Positions 1 to 9,240 of a stretch of 64,000 bases of DNA are shown here, piece after piece; the first letter of the stretch is position 1; each line of letters starts with the position of its first letter. A program made the translations under genes and the position numbers. The stretch covers positions 11,464 to 75,463 of IMG/VR virus record IMGVR_UViG_3300042197_004116; one strand, given 5' to 3'. Below the pieces are notes generated by a model. The model searched no databases and had not been told where the DNA came from. It worked only from the letters and a program-made list of their open reading frames with translations. Origin of the DNA: a virus.

Positions 1-1
1 A

Positions 2-598
2 CCTGCTAGAATCAATAGAAATGTAATTGAACCTCCTGTATTATATGAAGTAAGCATACCTGGTCAAAAATTTTATCCTTTTTGTTATATCAGTAACATT
101 GAAGTAGACTTTAAAGGCTCAAGAAGAGAATTAGAGTTTAATTTAGATTATACTAATACAGTTCTAAACGATACCTTACCTGTACCTTTAACTGGACCTA
201 CTCAACCAGGTACTCCACCAGAATCTTCTATAAAAGATATTAAAACTATAACTGAAACAAAAAAATTTCGTACAATAATTCCAGACGCATATGTAATTAG
301 AATAACCCTAAAAGCCCTCACAGCAGAAACAAGAAATTTTATGGCTTATACAGTATTGGGACCATCAGCAGGCACCGCTGCTGGTTCTGTTACAGATTTA
401 GACAAATTAACAGAAGCAGTTGCAAAATCATTATTAGGCAATTCAGCTAATGGTCCTTCTGATGGAACACCTGTTAATTATGGTAATAATCCAGTCCTAG
501 GTAATGGACAAACGTTTTATACAGGCGGTACACCCTTCTTCGATGAAAGAACTGGGTTACCTACAACTCCTGAGATTTCCGCTCCTGCGCGTAGATAA
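2..598 (+). CDS. 5'-truncated baseplate/tail-tube junction protein (T4 gp48/gp54-like)
   Basis: Frame is open from nt 2 into the listed 341..598 ORF (IEPPVLYEVSIPGQKFYPFCYISNIEVDFKG...IIPDAYVIRITLKAL); lies just upstream of the gp53-like gene. Confidence 0.5.
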   Translation, partial: PARINRNVIEPPVLYEVSIPGQKFYPFCYISNIEVDFKGSRRELEFNLDYTNTVLNDTLPVPLTGPTQPGTPPESSIKDIKTITETKKFRTIIPDAYVIRITLKALTAETRNFMAYTVLGPSAGTAAGSVTDLDKLTEAVAKSLLGNSANGPSDGTPVNYGNNPVLGNGQTFYTGGTPFFDERTGLPTTPEISAPARR

Positions 599-618
599 CC
601 TCTATATTAAATAATAAT

Positions 619-987
619 ATGGATTTAGGTAACTATCAGAAAAATATACCTGACCTTCAACCTCTTAACAATTTTAGATATGAAAATATTTTTAAAATGT
701 ATAAGGAAAACGATAACGACCAGTTTTTTTACAACATTACTAGAAAAATTGTATTACCAAAAAATTTAAATCCCGATCAATTTATATATTACCCTATAAG
801 AAAAAGTATGCCTTGGACTATGGTTAGTTTTAATCTCTACAGCACTATAGAATTATGGTGGTTAGTTTGCTTAGTTAATGATATTAGAAACCCGGTGCTC
901 CAGCCCAAAGCAGGTACTTTTGTAAAAGCACTCAAAGCTGATTTAGTTAATAATGTTTTAAATAATATTACCTCTCAGCTTATATGA
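619..987 (+). CDS. Baseplate wedge protein, T4 gp53-like (LysM-type)
   Basis: WTMVSFNLYSTIELWWLVCLVNDIRNP matches the gp53/LysM pattern; size and context fit. Confidence 0.8.
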   Translation: MDLGNYQKNIPDLQPLNNFRYENIFKMYKENDNDQFFYNITRKIVLPKNLNPDQFIYYPIRKSMPWTMVSFNLYSTIELWWLVCLVNDIRNPVLQPKAGTFVKALKADLVNNVLNNITSQLI

Positions 988-2558
988 GCGAATATCTCCC
1001 AGCAACATCTGAATCTAAATTCAGTTCATTTTCATACTTAATTAATAATAATTTTTATGATTTTAGAGTTTTTATAGGTTCTTTTGATGGTAGATTAAGA
1101 CCTATTAGACCTTCAGCTGTTAAAATGCTTAACATTGAAGATTCTTTAGATAACCCTTTTCATCAAGGTTATATTGTTTTAGATAATAGCCAAGATGTAT
1201 TAGAAAGTTCTTACGAAGAATCCACAGATCAATCTAGCCCTGAATATTATATTCCTAACTACCAAGATACTGCTAAAACCAACAGCGCTTATATGTTTAA
1301 CGGTGACTGTAGAGATGTACTTATAGTGCAAATTATACCCAAACTTTCAGTACCTGATGTTACCATAGATGATAAAAATGTATTGAAATATTTCTTATTA
1401 AAATTTGATTTTGTAATCTATAATTCTGAAGAAATAGTAGACAGTAGTCAAGATGGAAAACTTAAAAAGTTATATTTTTGGGAATTAGATTATGAAGTAA
1501 TGAGAGAAAAAAATTCTTATTTTTCTACTGCAAATTATGTAAAAGCTGAAAATGTTTCTGATTTATCTAATGATGAAAGAGGAATACTTACAGGAGCTGC
1601 TTTAAGCGCCTGTATAAATGAAGCTCTAGATAAGAATGATGGATTTAGTCCTGCATTTGCAAATTTTGAATCTGGATCTACAAAGATATTTTACTCTTCT
1701 CCAGGAAACTTTAAGTATATAGATTCTGTAAATTATATTTTAGATAGACATGTAAGTTCTTTAGATAGTAATTTTAGTCCTAGTGTATTACAGCATGATA
1801 GATACCCTAAAACATATTCTTTAGTTAGCTATTATAATATTTTTAAAAATGCAGTTAATTTTGAAAGCAATAAAATGCTAGCAGGATTTAGATATATTGA
1901 AACATTTAAAATAGCTGGTTATAACCGTACCTCTCAAGATAACTTACCCAGGTTTAACGTTCAATTTGTACCTTCTTTTGCACCTTATTTTCAATCAGAA
2001 GGAAATTTAGATGTATATAGCTTTGATACAATTGCAGGGGCTTATTCGCAGTCTAAAATTAATTCTAAACCAGTACATTTTTATGACTATGGTAGTAAAG
2101 AGTTTGATATAGATTTTTATAGAAATAGTATAGAAGAATTCTCAAAAGCAGCTTTTAATAACTATGTAAAACCTTTTGGGCCACAGGGTATTAAAACATT
2201 TCAAACAGGAATATACAGAGATTCAAACAAAAATATTTCTAATGAATTTTCACCTATAGAATTAGATAAAAATCAGAGACTTGCTTTAGGATTAGGAAAA
2301 AATTTATATAATTATGTTTATTTAAATAATTTTGTTACCTTTAAAGTTCAAGGCAGTACTCATAGACAGGCAGGAGATTTTATAGGTATTACTAGAGAGA
2401 CAGATAAACAGCCAACCGTTTTTGATAAAAGGTTTCTAGGTGTATATCTTATAGTAAGCGTTAAGCATATGTTTCAAGATGCAACGTATACTAATGAATT
2501 AGTATGTGTTAAAACCTATTTGCCTCAAGACATGTTTTTAAATAAAGTAATATTATGA
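984..2558 (+). CDS. Putative baseplate hub protein (gp27/gp44-like)
   Basis: N-terminal LNIEDSLDNPFHQGYIVLDN and C-terminal VQGSTHRQAGDFI...GVYLIVSVKHMF...YTNELVCVK resemble hub proteins; follows gp53. Confidence 0.55.
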   Translation: MSEYLPATSESKFSSFSYLINNNFYDFRVFIGSFDGRLRPIRPSAVKMLNIEDSLDNPFHQGYIVLDNSQDVLESSYEESTDQSSPEYYIPNYQDTAKTNSAYMFNGDCRDVLIVQIIPKLSVPDVTIDDKNVLKYFLLKFDFVIYNSEEIVDSSQDGKLKKLYFWELDYEVMREKNSYFSTANYVKAENVSDLSNDERGILTGAALSACINEALDKNDGFSPAFANFESGSTKIFYSSPGNFKYIDSVNYILDRHVSSLDSNFSPSVLQHDRYPKTYSLVSYYNIFKNAVNFESNKMLAGFRYIETFKIAGYNRTSQDNLPRFNVQFVPSFAPYFQSEGNLDVYSFDTIAGAYSQSKINSKPVHFYDYGSKEFDIDFYRNSIEEFSKAAFNNYVKPFGPQGIKTFQTGIYRDSNKNISNEFSPIELDKNQRLALGLGKNLYNYVYLNNFVTFKVQGSTHRQAGDFIGITRETDKQPTVFDKRFLGVYLIVSVKHMFQDATYTNELVCVKTYLPQDMFLNKVIL

Positions 2559-3733
2559 ATAATGCTCCTCCAGTAACAGATACAAGTGCGAGAGACGATT
2601 ACTGGGCTTCATTTGATGCAAGACTAAAATCACAAACTGCAAATTTAGCAGCTCCACCTAGTGTTTCAACACCTACTATTTCTAAGAGCAATTCTGTATC
2701 TCCTCCTGTTAATAATCCTGTAGGCCCTACAGGTCAAGCACCCACATTTTCAACGGTTCCAGAATTTTCAGCAAAAAAAACCAATACAATAGTTAATAAT
2801 GAGTTTTCAGCAAAGAAAAAAGAACAGCTAGTTAAAACTTCATTACCCAAATTAGCTGATTTAAATTATACTGAGTCAGTTTCAATGTTAAAGCAAATTT
2901 CAAACTATTTAAATTTAATTAATGGTTTAGAAAATGAAGTTCAAATTAGTTTAGATTATTACTCAGCATTGCAAAAAACTGATGTTGTTACAAGCCTTTC
3001 TAATTTTTACAGTAATTTAAATTCATCTAAAATGCCTGTTTTAAGAAACGAATTTGTAGATTTTTGGGTTAAAAGATTCAACTGTACGGCTGAACCTTTA
3101 AAATCTTTTATTACAGGTAATTTAAAAACTGACAGCAGTTCTTTCTTTACTGAGCTTAGCGACTCTATTGGTATTCTTGTAAATAGCAGAGGTCTTTTAG
3201 ATGACTCTACAATACCAGTAACAGATATTACTACAGATATATATTCTCCACCAAACGTCATACCTGTTCAATTAAAAAATAAAATATCAAGCACTACCCT
3301 TAATGTTTCTTATGCTTTAAGCAGATATAATACTGAATTAATGAGGCAGAACCTAAAAAGAGTTTATTTTACTTCAAATGATGCAAATCCTTATGCTTAC
3401 AGTACAGATCCTCATGGTAGCAATTTGGTTTCAGATTTAAACACTTATATTATTATTAATAATAATCTTCAAACTTATTATGATAAAATAAAATCAAGTT
3501 ATAATAGAATATTTTCTTATATTGAATATATAAGCAATATAAACAACAGTGTAGGATACAATCCTAGAGATATTTCAGGAAGTAATCAACAAATAATTAC
3601 TGACCTTGTATTTTCTCTAGATGTTGAAAAATTTAAAATAAGTGTTGATTTACTTCAAAGAAAGTTTAAAAGCCTTCTTTCTTATAAAACTATTCAAAAC
3701 ACTCTTAGTAATAACACTACAATAAATACTTAA
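2555..3733 (+). CDS. Hypothetical protein, probably structural
   Basis: 392-aa ORF coupled to the upstream gene by an ATGA overlap. Confidence 0.6.
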   Translation: MNNAPPVTDTSARDDYWASFDARLKSQTANLAAPPSVSTPTISKSNSVSPPVNNPVGPTGQAPTFSTVPEFSAKKTNTIVNNEFSAKKKEQLVKTSLPKLADLNYTESVSMLKQISNYLNLINGLENEVQISLDYYSALQKTDVVTSLSNFYSNLNSSKMPVLRNEFVDFWVKRFNCTAEPLKSFITGNLKTDSSSFFTELSDSIGILVNSRGLLDDSTIPVTDITTDIYSPPNVIPVQLKNKISSTTLNVSYALSRYNTELMRQNLKRVYFTSNDANPYAYSTDPHGSNLVSDLNTYIIINNNLQTYYDKIKSSYNRIFSYIEYISNINNSVGYNPRDISGSNQQIITDLVFSLDVEKFKISVDLLQRKFKSLLSYKTIQNTLSNNTTINT

Positions 3734-3734
3734 T

Positions 3735-4325
3735 ATGGCAACACCAGCAGACGAATCACCTAGTTACTTAGCCTACTTAAATGACCAATATAGGCTTGTA
3801 AATTTTACAAATGGTAGAGTTGGTGAAATAACAATACAAAACCCGGATGGTTTTGAGCCAAAATATTCAAGCATACCATCTGTTAACGACTCTAGATTTA
3901 ATAATTTAAACGAAATAGTTTTCAAGGGTAACGAAGGCTTAAACCCATTTAACAATTTTAATCAAAAAAATCTCATAAGTTCATTAGGTTGTGTATTTTT
4001 GGGCGGTCAAAATATAGGAAATGTAATAGGCAATTTTGCTAATGGGTTTGCAAACCAGGCTCAAAATTTATTATCCTCAGCGCTACCTTCATTTCTTCCA
4101 CCTGTTCTACCTACATTAGGCAGTATTTTTAATATTGGTATTTTTAACTCTGGTTTAAAAAGACAAGCAATATTACCTAAGTCAGGTGGATTTTTATCTG
4201 CTTTTGGTCCATTAGGCGGTATCGCTGGTGTATTAACTAATATAGTACAAAGTTATGTAAGCCAGATTACAAGCCCTGTAACATCTTTCTTAAAAGAAAT
4301 TAATAAGTGTATAAGAAACGATTAA
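3735..4325 (+). CDS. Hypothetical protein with a hydrophobic/Gly-rich C-terminal half
   Basis: 196-aa ORF with TAAATA 6 nt before the ATG. Confidence 0.6.
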   Translation: MATPADESPSYLAYLNDQYRLVNFTNGRVGEITIQNPDGFEPKYSSIPSVNDSRFNNLNEIVFKGNEGLNPFNNFNQKNLISSLGCVFLGGQNIGNVIGNFANGFANQAQNLLSSALPSFLPPVLPTLGSIFNIGIFNSGLKRQAILPKSGGFLSAFGPLGGIAGVLTNIVQSYVSQITSPVTSFLKEINKCIRND

Positions 4326-4783
4326 TCTTTTATTTGCTCTGCTTCAGCATCTATAACTTTTGCATTATCTATTAAAGCTTTAAAAATTTGCTCTCTTGTA
4401 GCAAGAAGCTTAACATTATTTTCTTCTTGCTGCATTTCTTTCTTAGCTTCAATATCCATTTTTTTAACCCTGACAACTGTTTCAGACTTTTTATCAACAA
4501 CAACAATTTTGTTTAAAGTATCAATAGCCGTGCTTGTTGCAGCAACTAAACTTGCAAATGCATCTACGTCTTTTGCTTCAGGAGAAGATAATATATAATC
4601 CTTTACGTTTTTTAACATTTCAATACTTTCATCAACAAGCTTACCACCCTTTTCAACAACAAATTTTTCTAATTCTTCTTTTTTTAATGGGTTCTGTTCT
4701 TTTTCTATTTCTTTTGCTTTAGTCTGAGCATCATTTAGCTGGCTAAGTAGGTCACCCACCATCTCATTTAACTCTTCACTCAT
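4322..4783 (-). CDS. Putative terminase small subunit (T4 gp16-like)
   Basis: Helical ~150-aa protein; GGKLVDESIEML...SPEAKDVDAFASLV...NNVKLLATREQIFKAL follows the gp16 layout; start moved to ATG 4783 because TAAATA lies 5 nt upstream. Confidence 0.5.
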   Translation of the reverse strand: MSEELNEMVGDLLSQLNDAQTKAKEIEKEQNPLKKEELEKFVVEKGGKLVDESIEMLKNVKDYILSSPEAKDVDAFASLVAATSTAIDTLNKIVVVDKKSETVVRVKKMDIEAKKEMQQEENNVKLLATREQIFKALIDNAKVIDAEAEQIKD

Positions 4784-4801
4784 AAATTTATTTAATATAG
4801 A

Positions 4802-4829
4802 TTGATTTTTATCAAACATATAGCATAAT
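4802..4829 (+). promoter_or_regulatory. Sigma70-like promoter TTGATT-N16-CATAAT
   Basis: Ends 6 nt before the dUTPase ATG; the same geometry recurs at other loci. Confidence 0.55.
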
Positions 4830-4835
4830 ATTATT

Positions 4836-5300
4836 ATGAGTAGTAATGACGTATTTGATCCTAATTTAGCTTATTTACCGGTACTTAAATTTGAAAAAAC
4901 GCATCCTGATGCCAAGCTTCCTACAAAAAATCACTCTTCTGATACAGGCTATGATGTATATTCAATTGAAAATAAGACTGTACCTGCAAAAAGTAGTGCA
5001 GTAGTAGGAGTTGGTTTAAAATTTGCAGACATACCCGAAGGTTATTGGATTAGAGTTGAAAGCCGTAGCGGTCTAGGGTTTAAGCATGGCATTATGGCAC
5101 ATCCAGGTATTATTGACAACGGATATAGAGGAGATGCAGGTATTAAGCTGTACAATCTCACTGATTGTGATTATGAAATTAAATCAGGTGATCGAATTGC
5201 ACAGTTTGTAGTTTATATGAATATTAGCATGGGAGTTGAGTTTGGTAAGGTTCAAGAAACTCAAAGAGGTGAAAAAGGGTTCGGTTCTTCAGGTAAATGA
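4836..5300 (+). CDS. dut: Trimeric dUTPase
   Basis: Motifs GYDVY, RSGLG, GIIDNGYRG, GDRIAQ, RGEKGFGSSG. Confidence 0.97.
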   Translation: MSSNDVFDPNLAYLPVLKFEKTHPDAKLPTKNHSSDTGYDVYSIENKTVPAKSSAVVGVGLKFADIPEGYWIRVESRSGLGFKHGIMAHPGIIDNGYRGDAGIKLYNLTDCDYEIKSGDRIAQFVVYMNISMGVEFGKVQETQRGEKGFGSSGK

Positions 5301-6253
5301 CAATTAATAATTTTAATAGTCTTTGGTGCGAGAAGTATAGGCCTAAGAAGCTTGAGGACTATATTGTTTCACCTAACAATTTAGACTTAATTCATTCGTT
5401 TGACAAAAACAAACAAATACCAAATTTATTATTTGTTGGTACACCAGGTATAGGTAAAACAACTCTTGCTAAAATTATAACTAATCATATTTTAAATTGT
5501 CAGTATCTTTATATAAATGCTAGTGATGAAAACGGTATTGATACTATAAGAACTAAAGTAACTAGTTTTGCACAGACAATGAGCATAGACGGTAATTTAA
5601 AGGTTATTATTCTTGATGAATGTGACGGTCTAACCATGGACAGCCAAAGAGCATTGAGAAATATAATGGAAGAGTTAGCTAATATAACTAGGTTTATTTT
5701 AACTGCTAACTACAAATACAAAATAATACCCGCGCTTCAAAGTAGGTGTCAGAGTATTGATCTTACTCCTCCTATTGATTTAATTGTTAAGAGATGTGCA
5801 TTAATTTTAAAGAATGAAAATATTAAAATTGAAAATGGACAAAAATCAAAATTAGTTGAATTGGTTAAAAAACATTACCCTGATGTGAGGCTATGTATTA
5901 ATGAGCTCCAGAAATTTTCAGTCTCGGGTGAGCTTAAAATACTTGAATTTAGTTCAAATAACTTCTTAGGATTACTTTATAAAGAGATAAAAAGCAAAAA
6001 TATTAATTCACTTCGTAAAACATTAATTGAAAATGAGCAAATTTTTAATTCTGATTATGTTTCTCTATTAAAAAACCTCTTTAATTATGTAGATGAAAAT
6101 GAAAAAGATTTAGACTGTAAAAAGAAATCATTAATTATTATTGCAGAACACTTATATAGATCTGCTTTTGTAGTAGATCAAGAAATTAACTTTTTTGCTT
6201 GTCTAATCTTACTAGCTGATAATCAGCTCTTAGGCAAATATTGTGCTGTATAA
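5297..6253 (+). CDS. Clamp loader AAA+ subunit (T4 gp44/RFC-like)
   Basis: WCEKYRP, Walker A GTPGIGKTT, NASDENGID, Walker B ILDECD, SRC motif. Confidence 0.95.
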   Translation: MTINNFNSLWCEKYRPKKLEDYIVSPNNLDLIHSFDKNKQIPNLLFVGTPGIGKTTLAKIITNHILNCQYLYINASDENGIDTIRTKVTSFAQTMSIDGNLKVIILDECDGLTMDSQRALRNIMEELANITRFILTANYKYKIIPALQSRCQSIDLTPPIDLIVKRCALILKNENIKIENGQKSKLVELVKKHYPDVRLCINELQKFSVSGELKILEFSSNNFLGLLYKEIKSKNINSLRKTLIENEQIFNSDYVSLLKNLFNYVDENEKDLDCKKKSLIIIAEHLYRSAFVVDQEINFFACLILLADNQLLGKYCAV

Positions 6254-6834
6254 CTTGCAGGGTCTTTATGATCTACTGCAGGTGAAGCTGGTATTTTGAC
6301 ATTTACATCTTTTAGCTCTCTATCACCTTTAGATAATTTACCACCTACATCAGAATTATAGTTTTGTGAAAAAGGAGCCATTGGGTCTTTTTCTCTACCT
6401 TTAAGATAGTCTTTAGATGTTTTTGGGTCTATATTAACTTTATTATCATATTTAAACTTGTCAGGGATAGGAGGTAAATTGACACCATCACCTTGATGTA
6501 CTAGAAGATTAGCAGGTACTACCACAGTTTTGTTTATATCGTATCTACCAGGAGCAATTTCAGGTACTATTTCAATGGAAAAACTAAAACCAAAATCATC
6601 AGGATTACCTGCACCCATTACAGCAGGCATATGAGACTTAACATTTCTGACTCTTAGATTAACACCTGAATTTATAAGCTCTTCAACCATAGCTTTAACA
6701 GATTCAGGTTGGTCTTTAAAGAAATCATTCTTTAATACATTATCAACAAATTTAACTCTATCGCTTGTTAGAAACCCGCCTCTCATAAATCTTGATAGAG
6801 TGGCTTCATATAGCTTTGTAAATTTCTTTTCCAT
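6223..6834 (-). CDS. Hypothetical late protein
   Basis: 203-aa ORF, TAAATA 6 nt before the ATG, N-terminus MEKKFTKLYE. Confidence 0.65.
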   Translation of the reverse strand: MEKKFTKLYEATLSRFMRGGFLTSDRVKFVDNVLKNDFFKDQPESVKAMVEELINSGVNLRVRNVKSHMPAVMGAGNPDDFGFSFSIEIVPEIAPGRYDINKTVVVPANLLVHQGDGVNLPPIPDKFKYDNKVNIDPKTSKDYLKGREKDPMAPFSQNYNSDVGGKLSKGDRELKDVNVKIPASPAVDHKDPASYTAQYLPKS

Positions 6835-6881
6835 TTAAATTATTTATTTTACCGAGCACGTTATTCCTTCTTATTTTTTAA

Positions 6882-6889
6882 TATAAATA
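6882..6889 (+). promoter_or_regulatory. T4-type late promoter TATAAATA
   Basis: Exact T4 late consensus 5 nt before the gp25-like ATG. Confidence 0.7.
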
Positions 6890-6894
6890 TAAAT

Positions 6895-7374
6895 ATGGCA
6901 AACATTAGAATTGATAGTTTAGCCCAGAAACCAGTAACAAATACAGGCTTTACCTATTCTGATATTAAGCTAGATTTGACGTTTAATTATCAAAACACTA
7001 ATGAGCTGTTAAAATCCAAGGTTATTAAGGATTCAGTAAACAGCTTAGATTATGATGCTATTAAAAATAGTATAGTCAGCTTGTTTACTACTATACCAGG
7101 CCAGAAAGTATTGAACCCATTTTTTGGCTTAAATTTAGCAAGATACTTATTTGAACCTGTAAACGAAGATGTTGCCAATACTATATTACAAGATGTTTCT
7201 AGAGGCATAGCAACATATGAACCAAGAATACGTGTAAGGAATATAAATGTTGGTTTTAGTATAGACAGACAAGAGTATGTTATAAATCTAACCATCTCTG
7301 TTCCAAGTATAAACAATACCGCTTTTAATCTTGTAGGAACATTGAGTAACTCAGGTTTCTTTTTAAATAATTAA
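6895..7374 (+). CDS. Baseplate wedge protein, gp25-like
   Basis: AIKNSIVSLFTTIPGQKVLNPFFGLNLARYLFEP...YEPRIRV. Confidence 0.92.
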   Translation: MANIRIDSLAQKPVTNTGFTYSDIKLDLTFNYQNTNELLKSKVIKDSVNSLDYDAIKNSIVSLFTTIPGQKVLNPFFGLNLARYLFEPVNEDVANTILQDVSRGIATYEPRIRVRNINVGFSIDRQEYVINLTISVPSINNTAFNLVGTLSNSGFFLNN

Positions 7375-7376
7375 AT

Positions 7377-9236
7377 ATGGCCACTTCAAACGAATCATTT
7401 CAGTTAAGCGTAGACAATTATGCAGCGTTTGATGCTTTGTCTCTTAAAAGCCTTATTATAAAAAGATTAAATGAAAGCGACGTTTTTACTGATCAAAATT
7501 TTGAAGGTAGTAACATCTCTGCAATTATTGATATTATTGCTTATGCATACAACGTACTTTTATTTTATCTCAATCAAACTGCTTCTGAAAGTACATTTAG
7601 CTCAGCTACTATATATGAAAATATTAACAAAATAGTAAAGCTTTTAAATTACTCGCCTGTCGGGTTTCAAACTGCATTGCTTCCTTTTAAGGCTTATGCA
7701 AACTTTCAAATCGAACCTGGAACCTACACAGTACCGCGTTATTCGTTTTTTACAGTAAACGGGGTTAATTACAGCTTTAATAATGATCTTACTTTTACAA
7801 AAACTATATCTGGAACTGAATATTTGCAAAATTTTAGTGAGTCAAATTTATTATACCAAGGTACTTATACTGAGTATCCAAAATATTTTGCAACCGGAGA
7901 GCCTTTTGAATTAATTACAATGGTTCTGGTAGATACACAAAATCAAAATATTATTTTAGATCACTTTAATATTGACGTTTATGTTAAAGACAACACTGCA
8001 GTAAACCCTAGATGGGATAAATGGGAACCGACACAATCACTATTCTTAGAAAGACCTAATTCCTTATCTTATGAGATACGTTTAAATGAAGACGGTAGAT
8101 ATGAAATAAAGTTTGGAAACAATGTAAACGGTAAGCAGTTAAATTCTGGAGATGAAGTTCTTATATATTATCTTGCCTCTGATGGTCAGAGCGGGCAAAT
8201 TGGTGAAAACACTCTAAATGGTAATACTTGCTTTTTATATAGTACTGTTAATTTCTTGCAAGTAAAAACCGACACTACACCAGTAAATCTTGAACTTTTA
8301 AATCAGAATCAACTTAATTTATTAAGCTTTGAAAACCCTGAACCTAGCACAAAATTTATAAATGCTGAATCAGTAGATAATATAAAAAATAATGCTACTA
8401 ATACTTTTAGAAGTCAATTTAGATTGATTACAACAGAAGACTTTAGAAATTATATCTTAAAAAATTATAGTAATGTATTAGCTTCTGTACAAGTAGTTAA
8501 CAACTGGGATTACCTTTCCCAACACATGAAGTACTATTTTGATCTAGGAATACAAAAACCTAATTTAGAGAGCAGAGTTTTATTCAACCAGGTAAAATTT
8601 GCTGATTCATGTAATTTTAATAATATATACGTGTATGCAACTCCAAAATTAGAAAAACTAAACTCTCTAAATACTAGATCTAACTATTTAAATTCTGCTC
8701 AAAAAGCTATTATAATTAACGATACTAACTCTACAAAACTAGCTACAGCTGAAATTGTCTTTAATGACCCTGTTTATATACAATTTGATCTAGGGTTTAG
8801 AATTAATCTTGATCCAATTACTCCTGAAATATCTAATTTTTGCTTCTTAGAAATTACCAGAGAATTAACCTCTAAGAGAAACCCTGAAGCTATTAGAAAA
8901 CAAGTTGCAGAAATATTTCAAAATTACTTCTCTACAACAAACGACAATTTAGGTAAATTAATTTCTCTTACTGAAATATCTAACCAAATTAATGAAATTG
9001 ACGGTGTTACAGATATTAAAACTGTTTATATTAACAACAATGAAACATACTCTACCCAGGGTATAAGCTTTATTGCTTTTAATCCTGTCTATCCAACCGC
9101 AGATATACAATTGATAGCTCAAGACACACAGCTACCATTCTTCAAGTTTCCGTACCTAAATAATTTAAGCAATTTCATAGATAGGGTAAGAGTTGTAACA
9201 CCTTCATTACAGCAGCTAACTGAAAGAGAATTCTAA
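7377..9236 (+). CDS. Baseplate wedge protein, T4 gp6-like
   Basis: [43 protein letters not shown]. Confidence 0.9.
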   Translation: MATSNESFQLSVDNYAAFDALSLKSLIIKRLNESDVFTDQNFEGSNISAIIDIIAYAYNVLLFYLNQTASESTFSSATIYENINKIVKLLNYSPVGFQTALLPFKAYANFQIEPGTYTVPRYSFFTVNGVNYSFNNDLTFTKTISGTEYLQNFSESNLLYQGTYTEYPKYFATGEPFELITMVLVDTQNQNIILDHFNIDVYVKDNTAVNPRWDKWEPTQSLFLERPNSLSYEIRLNEDGRYEIKFGNNVNGKQLNSGDEVLIYYLASDGQSGQIGENTLNGNTCFLYSTVNFLQVKTDTTPVNLELLNQNQLNLLSFENPEPSTKFINAESVDNIKNNATNTFRSQFRLITTEDFRNYILKNYSNVLASVQVVNNWDYLSQHMKYYFDLGIQKPNLESRVLFNQVKFADSCNFNNIYVYATPKLEKLNSLNTRSNYLNSAQKAIIINDTNSTKLATAEIVFNDPVYIQFDLGFRINLDPITPEISNFCFLEITRELTSKRNPEAIRKQVAEIFQNYFSTTNDNLGKLISLTEISNQINEIDGVTDIKTVYINNNETYSTQGISFIAFNPVYPTADIQLIAQDTQLPFFKFPYLNNLSNFIDRVRVVTPSLQQLTEREF

Positions 9237-9240
9237 TGCC

